Positions 29,017-38,220 of a stretch of DNA of 64,000 nucleotides are shown piece after piece; position 1 is the stretch's first letter; each line of letters starts with the position of its first letter. Under the pieces are notes generated by a model. It made no database searches. It saw only the letters and a list, made by a program, of their open reading frames with translations, and was not told where the DNA came from. The translations under genes and the position numbers were made by a program. The stretch comes from Candidatus Aminicenantes bacterium (GTDB lineage: Bacteria > Acidobacteriota > Aminicenantia > Aminicenantales > CALLJL01): contig JBBIRF010000002.1 of assembly GCA_037441905.1 (NCBI GenBank), positions 85,806 through 149,805 on the forward strand. The letters are read 5' to 3'.

Positions 29017-30399
29017 TCAGCCTCCTCTTTTTTTCTTGAGGGCCGCGACAACGGCTTCGAGTTTCATAGCCCGCGAACCCTTTACCAAGACGAGGTCTCC
29101 AGGAGAAATTATGGCTTCGAGGGCGGCGACGACATCCTGATGGTTGGTAAACGAGAGAATTCTCTCCGCCGGAAACCCTGCCTGCCTGGCTCCATGGCCG
29201 ATTTCTCCGCTCAACTCCCCGAAAGTCAACAACCAATCCCAGCCATATTCGACCAACTTTTGGCCGATAGACCGGTGAAATTCGACCGCTCTCTCACCGA
29301 GTTCCAGCATGTCACCCAGGAGGGCCAACCGCCTCCTGGCTGGAAGCTCCTTTAAAGAACGCAGGGCTTCTTCGAGAGCTCGAGGGTTTGAATTGTAGGT
29401 ATCATCAATCAAGCAGATGTCCGGAGCGAGCCAGGTTATTTCTCCCCGGCCTGGCGAGGGCCTCAGGAGTTCAGCTGCTTTAATCATTTCTTCAGGGCTA
29501 ACTGAAAAAAGACGGGCTACGGAAAGAGCGGCCAGCAAATTATAAATGAAAGCTTCGTATAAGAAGGGAAAACGAACGGTCATTCTTTCATCCCCAACCT
29601 GAAGGTCCAGGAGAAATCCCTCGTATCCCTTTCGGGTGACAGAAACGGGTTTAACCTGACAGTGGGGAGAAAAACCGAACAGGATTCGTTTCCCCTTCCA
29701 GATGTCGCCGATTTTCATGACGAGAGGGTCATCGCCATTCAAGACGACGGCTCCCTCGGGTTTAGTCCCGAGGATAATTTCCTGTTTGGCGGCTGCAATC
29801 GCCTCGAGGGAAGGAAAAAATTCCAGATGGACAGGATAGACGCCGGTTACGACAGCAACATCAGGCGCCGCGATTTCAATCAGTTGGCGGATTTGGCCCG
29901 GCCCCCGCATGGCCATTTCGACCACTACTACCTCATCCTGGGGGGAAAGCCGGAGAAGGGTAAGTGGTAGGCCGATTTCATTGTTAAAATTTTTCTCTGA
30001 TTTAACCACCCGGAAGCTTCGGCTGAGAATCGAAGCCGTAAAATCCTTGGTGGTTGTCTTGCCGACGCTTCCAGTTATGCCAACCACCTTGACTCCCGTA
30101 GTCATCAATGCCTTACGGCCCAGTTGTTGGAGCGCCTCGAGCGGGTCGGCGACGCGTAAGAGGGCGAAGGAAGGGGGTAAGTTTTCAACTCGGCGGCTAA
30201 TAACCGCGCCGCCAGCCCCTTTTCTCCAGGCGTCGGCGACGAAATCGTGACCATCTCTTTCACCCTTGAGAGCAAAGAATAGTTCTCCGGGCTCCGTGTT
30301 GCGGGAATCAAAGTTATAGGCCTTGAAAATAGCGTCTGGACTACCCTGAAGAATTTCGCCGCCTGTCCAGCTGGCTATCATCTTAAGAGTCAATTCCAT
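29017..30399 (-). CDS. murF: UDP-MurNAc-tripeptide--D-alanyl-D-alanine ligase MurF
   Basis: The Mur ligase motif GITGSVGKTTTK is present, and the gene lies between murE and mraY. Confidence 0.9.
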   Translation of the reverse strand: MELTLKMIASWTGGEILQGSPDAIFKAYNFDSRNTEPGELFFALKGERDGHDFVADAWRKGAGGAVISRRVENLPPSFALLRVADPLEALQQLGRKALMTTGVKVVGITGSVGKTTTKDFTASILSRSFRVVKSEKNFNNEIGLPLTLLRLSPQDEVVVVEMAMRGPGQIRQLIEIAAPDVAVVTGVYPVHLEFFPSLEAIAAAKQEIILGTKPEGAVVLNGDDPLVMKIGDIWKGKRILFGFSPHCQVKPVSVTRKGYEGFLLDLQVGDERMTVRFPFLYEAFIYNLLAALSVARLFSVSPEEMIKAAELLRPSPGRGEITWLAPDICLIDDTYNSNPRALEEALRSLKELPARRRLALLGDMLELGERAVEFHRSIGQKLVEYGWDWLLTFGELSGEIGHGARQAGFPAERILSFTNHQDVVAALEAIISPGDLVLVKGSRAMKLEAVVAALKKKRGG

Positions 30400-30401
30400 C
30401 C

Positions 30402-31871
30402 TCAGGAGTCTCCTTGCACCTGGTTAAGCAATTCCCGGATGACTTCACTATCCTTGAAAGGGATTTTTTGGCCTTTGATTTCTTGATATTCTTCATGGCC
30501 CTTGCCGGCGACCAGCAGAGTATCCCCTTTTCGGGCTAACTTCAGGGCTTGCCAAATAGCCAGGCGGCGGTCAGGCTCGACGAAATACTGCTTGACCCCT
30601 GCAAGCTGAACCCCGTTTTCGATTTCGGCAATGATAGCCAATGGGTCTTCGCTTCGAGGGTTATCAGAAGTGATGATGACGATATCCGCCAGCTCCCCGG
30701 CTACCTGACCCATTTTCGGCCGTTTTCCCTTGTCGCGGTCTCCGCCGCAGCCAAACACAACGATAAGCCTCCTGGGGTTTAGGGAGCGAAGGCTTTCTAA
30801 AACACTCCTTAAGGCAGCCTCGGTATGGGCGTAATCAACGAAGATGGAGAGGCCGAGTTTATTTTCAATTTTTTCCAGCCTTCCGGGAACTTTCTTGACA
30901 GCCGAGATTCCGGCGACAATAGCGGCAACATCCAGGTTGAGAACCAGCCCGGTGGCAAAAGCCGCCAGGATGTTGTAAACGTTATGACGCCCGAGAAGAG
31001 GAGTAACCAATTCGACTTCCCCCCCAGGATAATCGATAAGGATGGTTGTCTCTTTCTCAGTGAATTTTGCCTCGGAGGCGCGGATAAGAGCCTGGGGCTC
31101 GAACCCGAAGGTTATGGTGGTCATGGGCAGCTCGGCAATCAAGCTCTTTCCATAGGCGTCGTCGTGGTTCACCACCGCCGTTCTTTTCTTGGTGTTCAGA
31201 AAGAAGAGCTTTTTCTTGGCCTCGAAGTAATCTTCCATCGTTGGATGAAAATCCAGATGCTCGGGGCTTAAGTTGGTAAACAAAGCCACGTCAAAATGGA
31301 CGCCGACAACTCGCTTGAGGACAAGCGAATGGGAAGAGACCTCAAGAATCGCATGCGTTCCACCGTGGTCGAGGAAAGTCCGTAATATTTTTTGGAGCTC
31401 GGGCGCTTCAGGCGTTGTTCGCCGGGCTTCCTGACTGACGCCTGGACCTCGATAATTTATGGTACCGATTACTCCAGGCTGGCCGCCGGCTTTCTGAATA
31501 ATAGCTTCGAGGAGGTAGGAAATAGTGGTTTTGCCTTTGGTGCCTGTAATGCCGATGAGCTTTAATGATTTTGAAGGATGCCCATAAAATTCGGCAGCCA
31601 GCAGGGCCAAGCTCTCCCGGGCATCAGCTACTCTGACCCAGGTAAGCGGCCAATCAGCCGGTGGTTTTGCCTCGCTGAGAATGGCCACAGCCCCTCGCTC
31701 TAAAGCTTCGGGGACGAACTGGACTCCGTCGTGTTTTTGACCTTTGAGAGCGGCAAACAGAAATCCGGGTTCGACTTCCCGGGAAAAAGAGCTAAGACCG
31801 GTTACTTCGACTTCTTCCGGCCCGGTGAGGTCGAGAGGTCTAATCACTCTTAAAAGTTGACTGAGCTTCAT
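30402..31871 (-). CDS. murE: UDP-MurNAc-L-Ala-D-Glu--2,6-diaminopimelate ligase MurE
   Basis: The motif GITGTKGKTT and a DNPR-type motif near the C-terminus are present. The likely start is the ATG at 31869-31871 (MKLSQLL), which overlaps the ftsI stop as ATGA. Confidence 0.85.
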   Translation of the reverse strand: MKLSQLLRVIRPLDLTGPEEVEVTGLSSFSREVEPGFLFAALKGQKHDGVQFVPEALERGAVAILSEAKPPADWPLTWVRVADARESLALLAAEFYGHPSKSLKLIGITGTKGKTTISYLLEAIIQKAGGQPGVIGTINYRGPGVSQEARRTTPEAPELQKILRTFLDHGGTHAILEVSSHSLVLKRVVGVHFDVALFTNLSPEHLDFHPTMEDYFEAKKKLFFLNTKKRTAVVNHDDAYGKSLIAELPMTTITFGFEPQALIRASEAKFTEKETTILIDYPGGEVELVTPLLGRHNVYNILAAFATGLVLNLDVAAIVAGISAVKKVPGRLEKIENKLGLSIFVDYAHTEAALRSVLESLRSLNPRRLIVVFGCGGDRDKGKRPKMGQVAGELADIVIITSDNPRSEDPLAIIAEIENGVQLAGVKQYFVEPDRRLAIWQALKLARKGDTLLVAGKGHEEYQEIKGQKIPFKDSEVIRELLNQVQGDS

Positions 31872-33631
31872 CGGTTGTCCTCGCGCGTGATTTGAGCTTG
31901 GTGGCTGGCCACAACCCATTTTCCCGCCCGAACCCGCGGCAACTCCCTCAGATAGAGAAGCACCCGGCTGGCTATTTCTCTGAAGACAGGAGCCGCAACA
32001 TCACCGCCATAATACTTGCCTGCTTTTGGCTCGTCGATGACGACAATTATCGATATCCTTGGGTTATCAACAGGGATAAACCCCAAAAAAACGGCCCGAT
32101 GCCGGGAAGAGCTGTAAGACTTAGTAACAGGGTCAAACTTCTGGGCGGTACCGGTTTTGCCGGCCGCGGGAAAACCAAGGACTCTGGCGGCCGTTCCGGT
32201 TCCCTCTTCCACCACCTTCGAGAAAATAGCGTCAATCATATAAGCGGCCGTTTCAGCCGCGAGTACCCGGCACGAAGGTGGGGTTGAAGCTGGCTTGTTC
32301 CCGTCAGGTCCGTTTATGGCCCTAACCACCCGGGGAGGGACAAGGTCCCCCCGGTTGGCCAGAACATTCAAAGCCTGGAGCAGTTGAACAGCGGTCACTG
32401 AGATTTCATAGCCGACTGAAATATGAGGAAGGGTGTGAACCGTCCACGAACTCGGTGGGCGAAGAATGCCGGCCTCTTCTCCAGGAAGGTCAATCCCTGT
32501 TTTTTCGCCGAAGCGAAATTTTCTTATCATTTCAAAAAAATAATACTCCCCCAGCTCCATAGCTACCTGAATGGTTCCGACGTTTGAGCTGTGGATAAAA
32601 ACCTCGGGGAAGGTGAGCAGGTTAAACCGTTTATGGTCCCGGATAGCCAACCCACCGATAGAAACATAACCGGCCGAGCAATCATATATCCTGCGAAGGT
32701 TAACTTTTCCCGATTCGAGGGCGGCGGCGGCGGTGATGATTTTAAAAGCCGACCCGGGCTCGAAATTTTCTTGGATGGCCCGGTTTATCTGGGCTGAGGG
32801 GTCGGCTGGCGGATAATAGTTCGGGTCGTAGTCGGGATAACTGGCCATGGCGAGAATCTCGCCGGTTGGTGGATGGGAAACAATAACTGTTCCCCAGGAA
32901 GCCTGGTTCTCATCGACGGCCCGTTCGAGCTCCCTTTCCGCAATGTACTGGATAGTGGAGTCGATAGTGAGGACTAAATCGTTTCCCGGGATGGCGGGTT
33001 CTAAGACTTCTAAATCATATTTCCGACGGAGGGCATCCCGGCGGACGAGGACTCTTCCCTTTTTCCCCTGGAGAAGCTGATTATATTTGTACTCAATACC
33101 GCCTAACCCCTGGTCGTCGATATCGACCGCTCCCAGAACGTGGGCCAAATAAGAGCCATAGGGGTAAAAACGTTTGGTTTCAGTCTGAAGAAATACCCCG
33201 GGTATCTCGGCCTGTTTTAGTTTTTCGAGATATTCCCAAGGAATTTTCCTTTTTATCCAGATAAACCGGTCGCCGTTTTCAACCCGGTTCTTGACCCGCT
33301 GAATTTCTTTAGCCGAGAGAGGGATGATTTGTTGGACCTGCTTAATTTTCCGGGAAAGGGATTCTCGGGATTCGTTGGCTTCGGGCGCCAGAAAAAGCGA
33401 AGGAAAGGGAAGGCTGCGGGCGAGTAACTTCCCATGACGGTCGGTGATGGTTCCGCGAGTTGGCCAGACATCCCGGATATACCGGTTTTGTTCGATGGCT
33501 TCACTTTTCAGCTCTCGGTGTTTGAAAACCTGGAGTTGAACCAGACGAGCGGCAACCAGGACAAACCAGAGGGCAACCCCGCAAGCTGTAATAATAGCTC
33601 TTTTTTCGACGCGTTCGGGCGAATTAGTCAT
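31868..33631 (-). CDS. ftsI: Peptidoglycan D,D-transpeptidase FtsI (class B PBP)
   Basis: An N-terminal TM segment, a PBP dimerisation domain and transpeptidase motifs typical of class B PBPs are present. Confidence 0.9.
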   Translation of the reverse strand: MTNSPERVEKRAIITACGVALWFVLVAARLVQLQVFKHRELKSEAIEQNRYIRDVWPTRGTITDRHGKLLARSLPFPSLFLAPEANESRESLSRKIKQVQQIIPLSAKEIQRVKNRVENGDRFIWIKRKIPWEYLEKLKQAEIPGVFLQTETKRFYPYGSYLAHVLGAVDIDDQGLGGIEYKYNQLLQGKKGRVLVRRDALRRKYDLEVLEPAIPGNDLVLTIDSTIQYIAERELERAVDENQASWGTVIVSHPPTGEILAMASYPDYDPNYYPPADPSAQINRAIQENFEPGSAFKIITAAAALESGKVNLRRIYDCSAGYVSIGGLAIRDHKRFNLLTFPEVFIHSSNVGTIQVAMELGEYYFFEMIRKFRFGEKTGIDLPGEEAGILRPPSSWTVHTLPHISVGYEISVTAVQLLQALNVLANRGDLVPPRVVRAINGPDGNKPASTPPSCRVLAAETAAYMIDAIFSKVVEEGTGTAARVLGFPAAGKTGTAQKFDPVTKSYSSSRHRAVFLGFIPVDNPRISIIVVIDEPKAGKYYGGDVAAPVFREIASRVLLYLRELPRVRAGKWVVASHQAQITREDNR

Positions 33632-33933
33632 TTTTTGACCTCTTGAAGCATCTCTTCGTAAACCAGTTGGTCCTGGTCGGGCTCTTTCAGGTTGAGTTTT
33701 TCGCGGGCTATTTTATCCACCCGGTCGAGCGCCAAAAGGGAAGAACGAATGGCTTCAAGGCTCTTAATCTCTTCCTCCAGGCGGTTGATCCTTTCCTCGG
33801 CCTGCCTGATTTCTATCCCGAGCCGGATGAGCTCGGTTTGATACCAGATATAAAAAGTCAAACAGGCCAGCCCAAGGCCGAGGCTGAGAAGGATAAACCA
33901 TAACTCGGCCTTTGGAATCTTTTTTCTAATCAT
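33628..33933 (-). CDS. ftsL: Cell division protein FtsL/DivIC-like (septum formation initiator)
   Basis: 101 aa with one TM segment followed by a coiled coil. It sits in the canonical position between rsmH and ftsI. Confidence 0.7.
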   Translation of the reverse strand: MIRKKIPKAELWFILLSLGLGLACLTFYIWYQTELIRLGIEIRQAEERINRLEEEIKSLEAIRSSLLALDRVDKIAREKLNLKEPDQDQLVYEEMLQEVKK

Positions 33934-34831
33934 TCTGAATCACCTCGGCGGCTCTCAGTTTGGCTGAACGAGAACGGGGGTTATGGCTGATTTCCTCTTC
34001 TGAAGGCAACACAGGTTTCCTGGTCAAGACTTTTAACACCGGGTTGAAACCGTCAGACCGAGCCAGACGGCTAAAAGTGTGCTTTACTATCCTGTCCTCA
34101 AGAGAATGGAACGAGATTACAACTATCCTGGCCCCGGAAGGGAAAATTGAAGCAGCCTTTTCTAAGAGCTTATCAAGGTCTTTAAGCTCGCCGTTTACCT
34201 CGATTCGCAGCGCTTGAAACACCTTAGCCGCCGGATGAATTTTTCCCGGCTGCGGCCGCCAGCGGCAGACTTCTTCCACCAGCCGCCGGAGTTGAGTCGT
34301 TGTCCGCAGGGGTTGATTCTTCCGGCGGGTGACGATTTCCCTGGCAAGCGGCCGGGCTTGTTTGAGCTCGCCGTATTCAGAAAAAATCCTCGCCAGGTGG
34401 TTCTCGGGATATTTTTCGAGGATTTTGGCGGCCGTGACTTTCGTCCGATGGTCGAACCTCATGTCGAGGGGTCCTTCTAAGTTAAAGCTAAAACCACGTT
34501 CGGGATTATCCAATTGGAAGGAAGAAACTCCGAGGTCGAGGAGGAGACCCCGGACGCGCGAGAAATCTATCTCTAATTCAGGAAGACGTCTGAAATCAGC
34601 CTGAATAAGACGGACCCGGTCGGCGTAGGGTTCAAGCTTTTGTTTGGCGGCGACGAGCGAGGCCTCGTCCAGGTCAAGGCCGATTATCTCTGCCCGGGGG
34701 TTCCGCCGGAGGATTTCGAGCGAATGGCCGGCCAGGCCGATAGTGCCGTCAATATAAATGCCAGGCCTGAGGGCATCAAGATAAGCGAGCGCCTCCTCCA
34801 GGAGGACCGGCACGTGCGCCAAGTTCATCAT
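33926..34831 (-). CDS. rsmH: 16S rRNA (cytosine1402-N4)-methyltransferase RsmH (MraW)
   Basis: The N-terminus HVPVLLEEAL and the SAM-binding motif DGTIGLAGHS are present. Confidence 0.9.
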   Translation of the reverse strand: MMNLAHVPVLLEEALAYLDALRPGIYIDGTIGLAGHSLEILRRNPRAEIIGLDLDEASLVAAKQKLEPYADRVRLIQADFRRLPELEIDFSRVRGLLLDLGVSSFQLDNPERGFSFNLEGPLDMRFDHRTKVTAAKILEKYPENHLARIFSEYGELKQARPLAREIVTRRKNQPLRTTTQLRRLVEEVCRWRPQPGKIHPAAKVFQALRIEVNGELKDLDKLLEKAASIFPSGARIVVISFHSLEDRIVKHTFSRLARSDGFNPVLKVLTRKPVLPSEEEISHNPRSRSAKLRAAEVIQND

Positions 34832-35295
34832 TCCTTCTTTCCGCCGGGGAGGAGGTTGGCGATAACTTTAAAATCGGCATCGGTTAACGGTCTTTTTTTT
34901 AGTTTTTCATCCAGCCTCTCCCGATTCCAGATTTCAAGATGGTTATTAAGACCGAGGACTTGCACTTCGTCTACAAGGTGAGCCATACTCCGGAGCGGCT
35001 GACTTATTAACACCCGCCCCTTGGAATCGATCTGATAGGGGAAACCTAGACTATTCACCTGACGAAGGAAATTGTAGATTTCGGGCTGGAATTGGGTGAA
35101 TCCGTCAATCGAACCACCCGAAAGTTTTTCCCAGACGGGAAGGGGAAAAAGCTGGACTGATTCATCGGTTAGGGAAGTGATAAAAACGTCCCGGCCGTAC
35201 TCTTGCTCAATGAGCGACCGGAATCTTTCGGGAATCTTTATCCGGCCCGACTTATCAACCCGAGCTGGAGCGCTGCCAATCAATAATTTTCCCAT
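34828..35295 (-). CDS. mraZ: Transcriptional regulator MraZ
   Basis: 155 aa with a duplicated MraZ-type DNA-binding region, each half ending in DxxGR (residues ~14-18 and ~90-94); it is the first gene of the dcw cluster. Confidence 0.85.
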   Translation of the reverse strand: MGKLLIGSAPARVDKSGRIKIPERFRSLIEQEYGRDVFITSLTDESVQLFPLPVWEKLSGGSIDGFTQFQPEIYNFLRQVNSLGFPYQIDSKGRVLISQPLRSMAHLVDEVQVLGLNNHLEIWNRERLDEKLKKRPLTDADFKVIANLLPGGKKE

Positions 35296-35571
35296 TTTGT
35301 CCCAATTCTTCCCATTTTGATTTATTTATAGGTAATAAATAACTAAAAGTCAAGAAAAATTTCCCGAATTTTTCCGTTGACCGGGGCAGGAAGTTAGAAA
35401 CTCAGTTAAGGAAATCTATGAGTAGTTTTTTTTTCAAAACAAAGGAATGGTCTTGAAGTTTAAGGGCGGCTTTTCGTCTGCGCGCGGTTTAATAAATCTA
35501 TTACCAGCCTCGCGTTTTTAAGGACTCTCCAGTTGGCGCTGGACCTCCTTCCGGGAGAAGGCTTATCTTAG

Positions 35572-35820
35572 TCAGGGAAGGGTCGGTTCAGGAATGTTCT
35601 CCAGCAGCTTCTTGGCCAATTCGTAATCTTCTTCCGCCACCATAATTTTTATCTCACCCATGCCATCAGTGGTTAAAGGATAGGTCGTGAGGTTAGCCTG
35701 GCCGAGAAAAACACACCTGATCCCGTAATTCCCGAGAAAGCTCTTGACTATCTCGGCTTCGGGTTGTCCCCAGACTCTCCGGACTTCCTTCAGGTTCGAG
35801 CGAGATTTTGCCTCGGTCAT
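35572..35820 (-). CDS. DUF2007-like small protein (putative signal-transducing protein)
   Basis: 82 aa; the N-terminus [19 protein letters not shown] resembles the DUF2007 fold. Its start overlaps the NUDIX stop. Confidence 0.5.
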   Translation of the reverse strand: MTEAKSRSNLKEVRRVWGQPEAEIVKSFLGNYGIRCVFLGQANLTTYPLTTDGMGEIKIMVAEEDYELAKKLLENIPEPTLP

Positions 35821-36311
35821 TTTGCTCGGCCTTTTTTCCGGAAATAATCATCAAGAATCTGGCGGTGGTCAAAAGCCAGAGGAAAAGTTATCTCTTCGGC
35901 GGTAAAAACACCCAGGGCCCTGGCATCGTCCTTAGCCCTGGGAATGCCGCGGCCGCGGCCGATAAAAACTGTAGAAATTGTATGGAAACGGGGGTCGCGG
36001 TCGGGGGAGGAATAGGTGTGCAGTTGTTCGATTAGTTCAACCTCCAGCGATGTTTCTTCTTTGGCTTCCCTGATGGCTGCCTCCTCCAAAGATTCACCGT
36101 ATTCAACAAACCCTCCCGGGAGTGCCCAGCCATAAGGTGGGTTTTTTCTCTCGATTAAAACTATCCCTTCCCGGCCATCGCCCCGGCGAAGCTCGATAAT
36201 TATATCAACAGTTGGGATAGGGTTTCTTCGCCTGAGCATGGTAGTGGTAAAAAACCGGACAAATTCACTTATTCGCCGGAAAAAAAGAAACTTAACCCTT
36301 TTTGTCTTCAA
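35817..36311 (-). CDS. NUDIX hydrolase
   Basis: The Nudix box [27 protein letters not shown] is present. Confidence 0.8.
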   Translation of the reverse strand: MKTKRVKFLFFRRISEFVRFFTTTMLRRRNPIPTVDIIIELRRGDGREGIVLIERKNPPYGWALPGGFVEYGESLEEAAIREAKEETSLEVELIEQLHTYSSPDRDPRFHTISTVFIGRGRGIPRAKDDARALGVFTAEEITFPLAFDHRQILDDYFRKKGRAK

Positions 36312-36317
36312 ACGAGG

Positions 36318-37418
36318 TCAATCACGTAGCCGAAATCTTTTTTCCAGGTTGTTAATTCTTTCGACGACACCACCGTATTCGAGTTCACTCCAGGGTAGCA
36401 TGGCCGGCCCAAAGAACCCCTGACGCCGGATAAGCGAAGCCTTTTCCGCCACCCGCTGTCTTACCTGGTCCCAGTAGGGGTGGTCGAAAACGTCGACCGC
36501 TTCAGTCAGACGACCATCTTTGACACAAAAAGCGGCGCCGGTGATAACTGGCGGACCGTCAAAGTAGCTAATCGTTGTGTTCAAGCGGCAAGGCATGAGA
36601 GGACCGTTATGGCTTCCTCGCATAAATCCGGCTACATAAGGGCCTATTTCGAAAGGCGCCAGAACCTCTCCCGTCGCCGGGAAATCTCCCTGAACCCTGA
36701 CCAGGGCCACCGGGTCGTCCTTTCCGGTATACTTTCCCGCGATATTGTGCAGACGAGTGGTCGAGACAGCCACGGCTTGTTCCCCGCTCGACCGGGCAAA
36801 AATGGCTTCAATACAATATTTCTCAGTATCCCGGAGGAGCGTCGCGATGTCATACAGGTCTTCGGGCGCGTTGAGGTCGATAATCTTGTCCTTTTCTGTA
36901 TGGCTGACGTCAATGATGCGAAAAGTAAACCCCTGGCTGATTCGCGGGCTTAAAAGAAGGCCAGAGCAGTACATCGGGTCGGCAAAAGCGAGGTAAAAGG
37001 GAAGGTTATAAGCTCCGGGGTCGGTTTTATCGGCGGCAAAAAAGATGAACGGTTCATTAGGCCGCTCCTTAAATTCCAGCTCAGCCACCGCCGGCCCCAT
37101 TCCTTTGATATTCCCGCTGAAAGAATCTTTGAGCAAGTCCTGTCCAGCACCATAGAGACCTTGCTTTTTTGCGACGGCAGTTCCCGCCAGAAAAGCTTCC
37201 CAGGCGAGCTTATGGACTTCGGGGTTGAGGACTCCCTTCTCGTGGGTGCAGAGGATAGCAATATCGTCGCCCGTGAAACTTACATAAAAGTCGTGCAACA
37301 GATTCCGGCTATTTTCGCGGACAAAATTTCGGACTTCATCCAGGAGCGCCTGGCTTGGACGAATATGCCCGCCGACGCTTCCGATGTCGGCTTTCAAGAC
37401 GCTTAGGGTGATTTTCAT
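36318..37418 (-). CDS. fbp: Bifunctional fructose-1,6-bisphosphate aldolase/phosphatase (class V FBPase, archaeal type)
   Basis: The N-terminus MKITLSVLKADIGSVGGH matches the FBP aldolase/phosphatase family. The start is reassigned to the ATG at 37416-37418, which has an AAGGAGG 5 nt upstream. The ORF-track TTG at 37439 adds 7 residues. Confidence 0.8.
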   Translation of the reverse strand: MKITLSVLKADIGSVGGHIRPSQALLDEVRNFVRENSRNLLHDFYVSFTGDDIAILCTHEKGVLNPEVHKLAWEAFLAGTAVAKKQGLYGAGQDLLKDSFSGNIKGMGPAVAELEFKERPNEPFIFFAADKTDPGAYNLPFYLAFADPMYCSGLLLSPRISQGFTFRIIDVSHTEKDKIIDLNAPEDLYDIATLLRDTEKYCIEAIFARSSGEQAVAVSTTRLHNIAGKYTGKDDPVALVRVQGDFPATGEVLAPFEIGPYVAGFMRGSHNGPLMPCRLNTTISYFDGPPVITGAAFCVKDGRLTEAVDVFDHPYWDQVRQRVAEKASLIRRQGFFGPAMLPWSELEYGGVVERINNLEKRFRLRD

Positions 37419-37451
37419 CAAACCTCCTTTCTTAACCAAGAAAACATTCCC

Positions 37452-37481
37452 ATTCTAAGGTTAAATCCTGAATCGTGTCAA
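37452..37481 (-). promoter_or_regulatory. Near-consensus sigma70 promoter for the fbp-NUDIX-DUF2007 operon
   Basis: On the minus strand there is a TTGACA at 37481-37476, an 18-nt spacer and a TAGAAT at 37457-37452. The predicted TSS is ~37445, about 27 nt upstream of the fbp ATG. Confidence 0.6.
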
Positions 37482-38220
37482 CTGAAAACGGCTCTCGACC
37501 AGAAAAATCGGGTCGATTATAGGCGATTCTACTGATAGTCTCTTTGATGCTGGCAGCCGCTTTTTCTGCCAGAATAGAATTTTAAATTTTATAGATAGAC
37601 CTTTTCTAGTTTTTTCTACGAAAAAAGAGAATAAATTCTGTCAGGTTCTAAATTTATTTTGGGCTTTAACCAGGCTTCTATTTAAAATCGCTTATTCGTC
37701 CGGGTTTCTTGCGGGAAGCCAGCGAAAGTCCCCAGAACAGAATCGGTAAAAGTTATCTTTAATTTGGCCGGAAGGGAAAACCTGGCGTCGCTCGTTTCGG
37801 GAGCTTATCTCAAGTCCATGAATTATGTTGCTTTTGTTAAGAGGGGCTTGATGTCTGCGAGGGCCTGAGGCGGCCGAGTCAACGAGTTAAAAAGAATTTC
37901 TCGGCCAGGGATGTCCCTCCCAGATGACAGCTGTCCTTCCAGGGCTTCGCGTCGGCGCAGGGTCAAAGTTGAGGGAGGTTTTTATTCGAGCGACCGGATT
38001 AAGCGATATCTCACCCGCAAATGAAAAAACAGGGGAACTCAGGAAAGAATTAAGATGGCAAACCAGGAGAAAAAAAATAATAAATAAAAAAAAGATAAAA
38101 ATAGAGTAAAATAACCTGACGAACAACCGAGGCCCAGCTGGAAAAGTGATAACCCGAGTCAAAACCTGAGTTGCTGGAGAGCTGGCATAAATCTTGCTAT
38201 AATAAGAACGGAGGTGCACC

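Noticed and set aside
37490-38190. RNase P RNA, tmRNA or SRP RNA in the long non-coding block
   Set aside because: I looked for the RNase P P4 motifs (GGAAAGUCCGGGC and ACAGAACCCGGCUUA), the tmRNA T-arm and CCA end, and the SRP GGAAGCAGC motif. Only short partial resemblances were found (GCGAAAGUCCCCAG next to ACAGAAUCGG), with the wrong spacing and context. A different ncRNA is not excluded.
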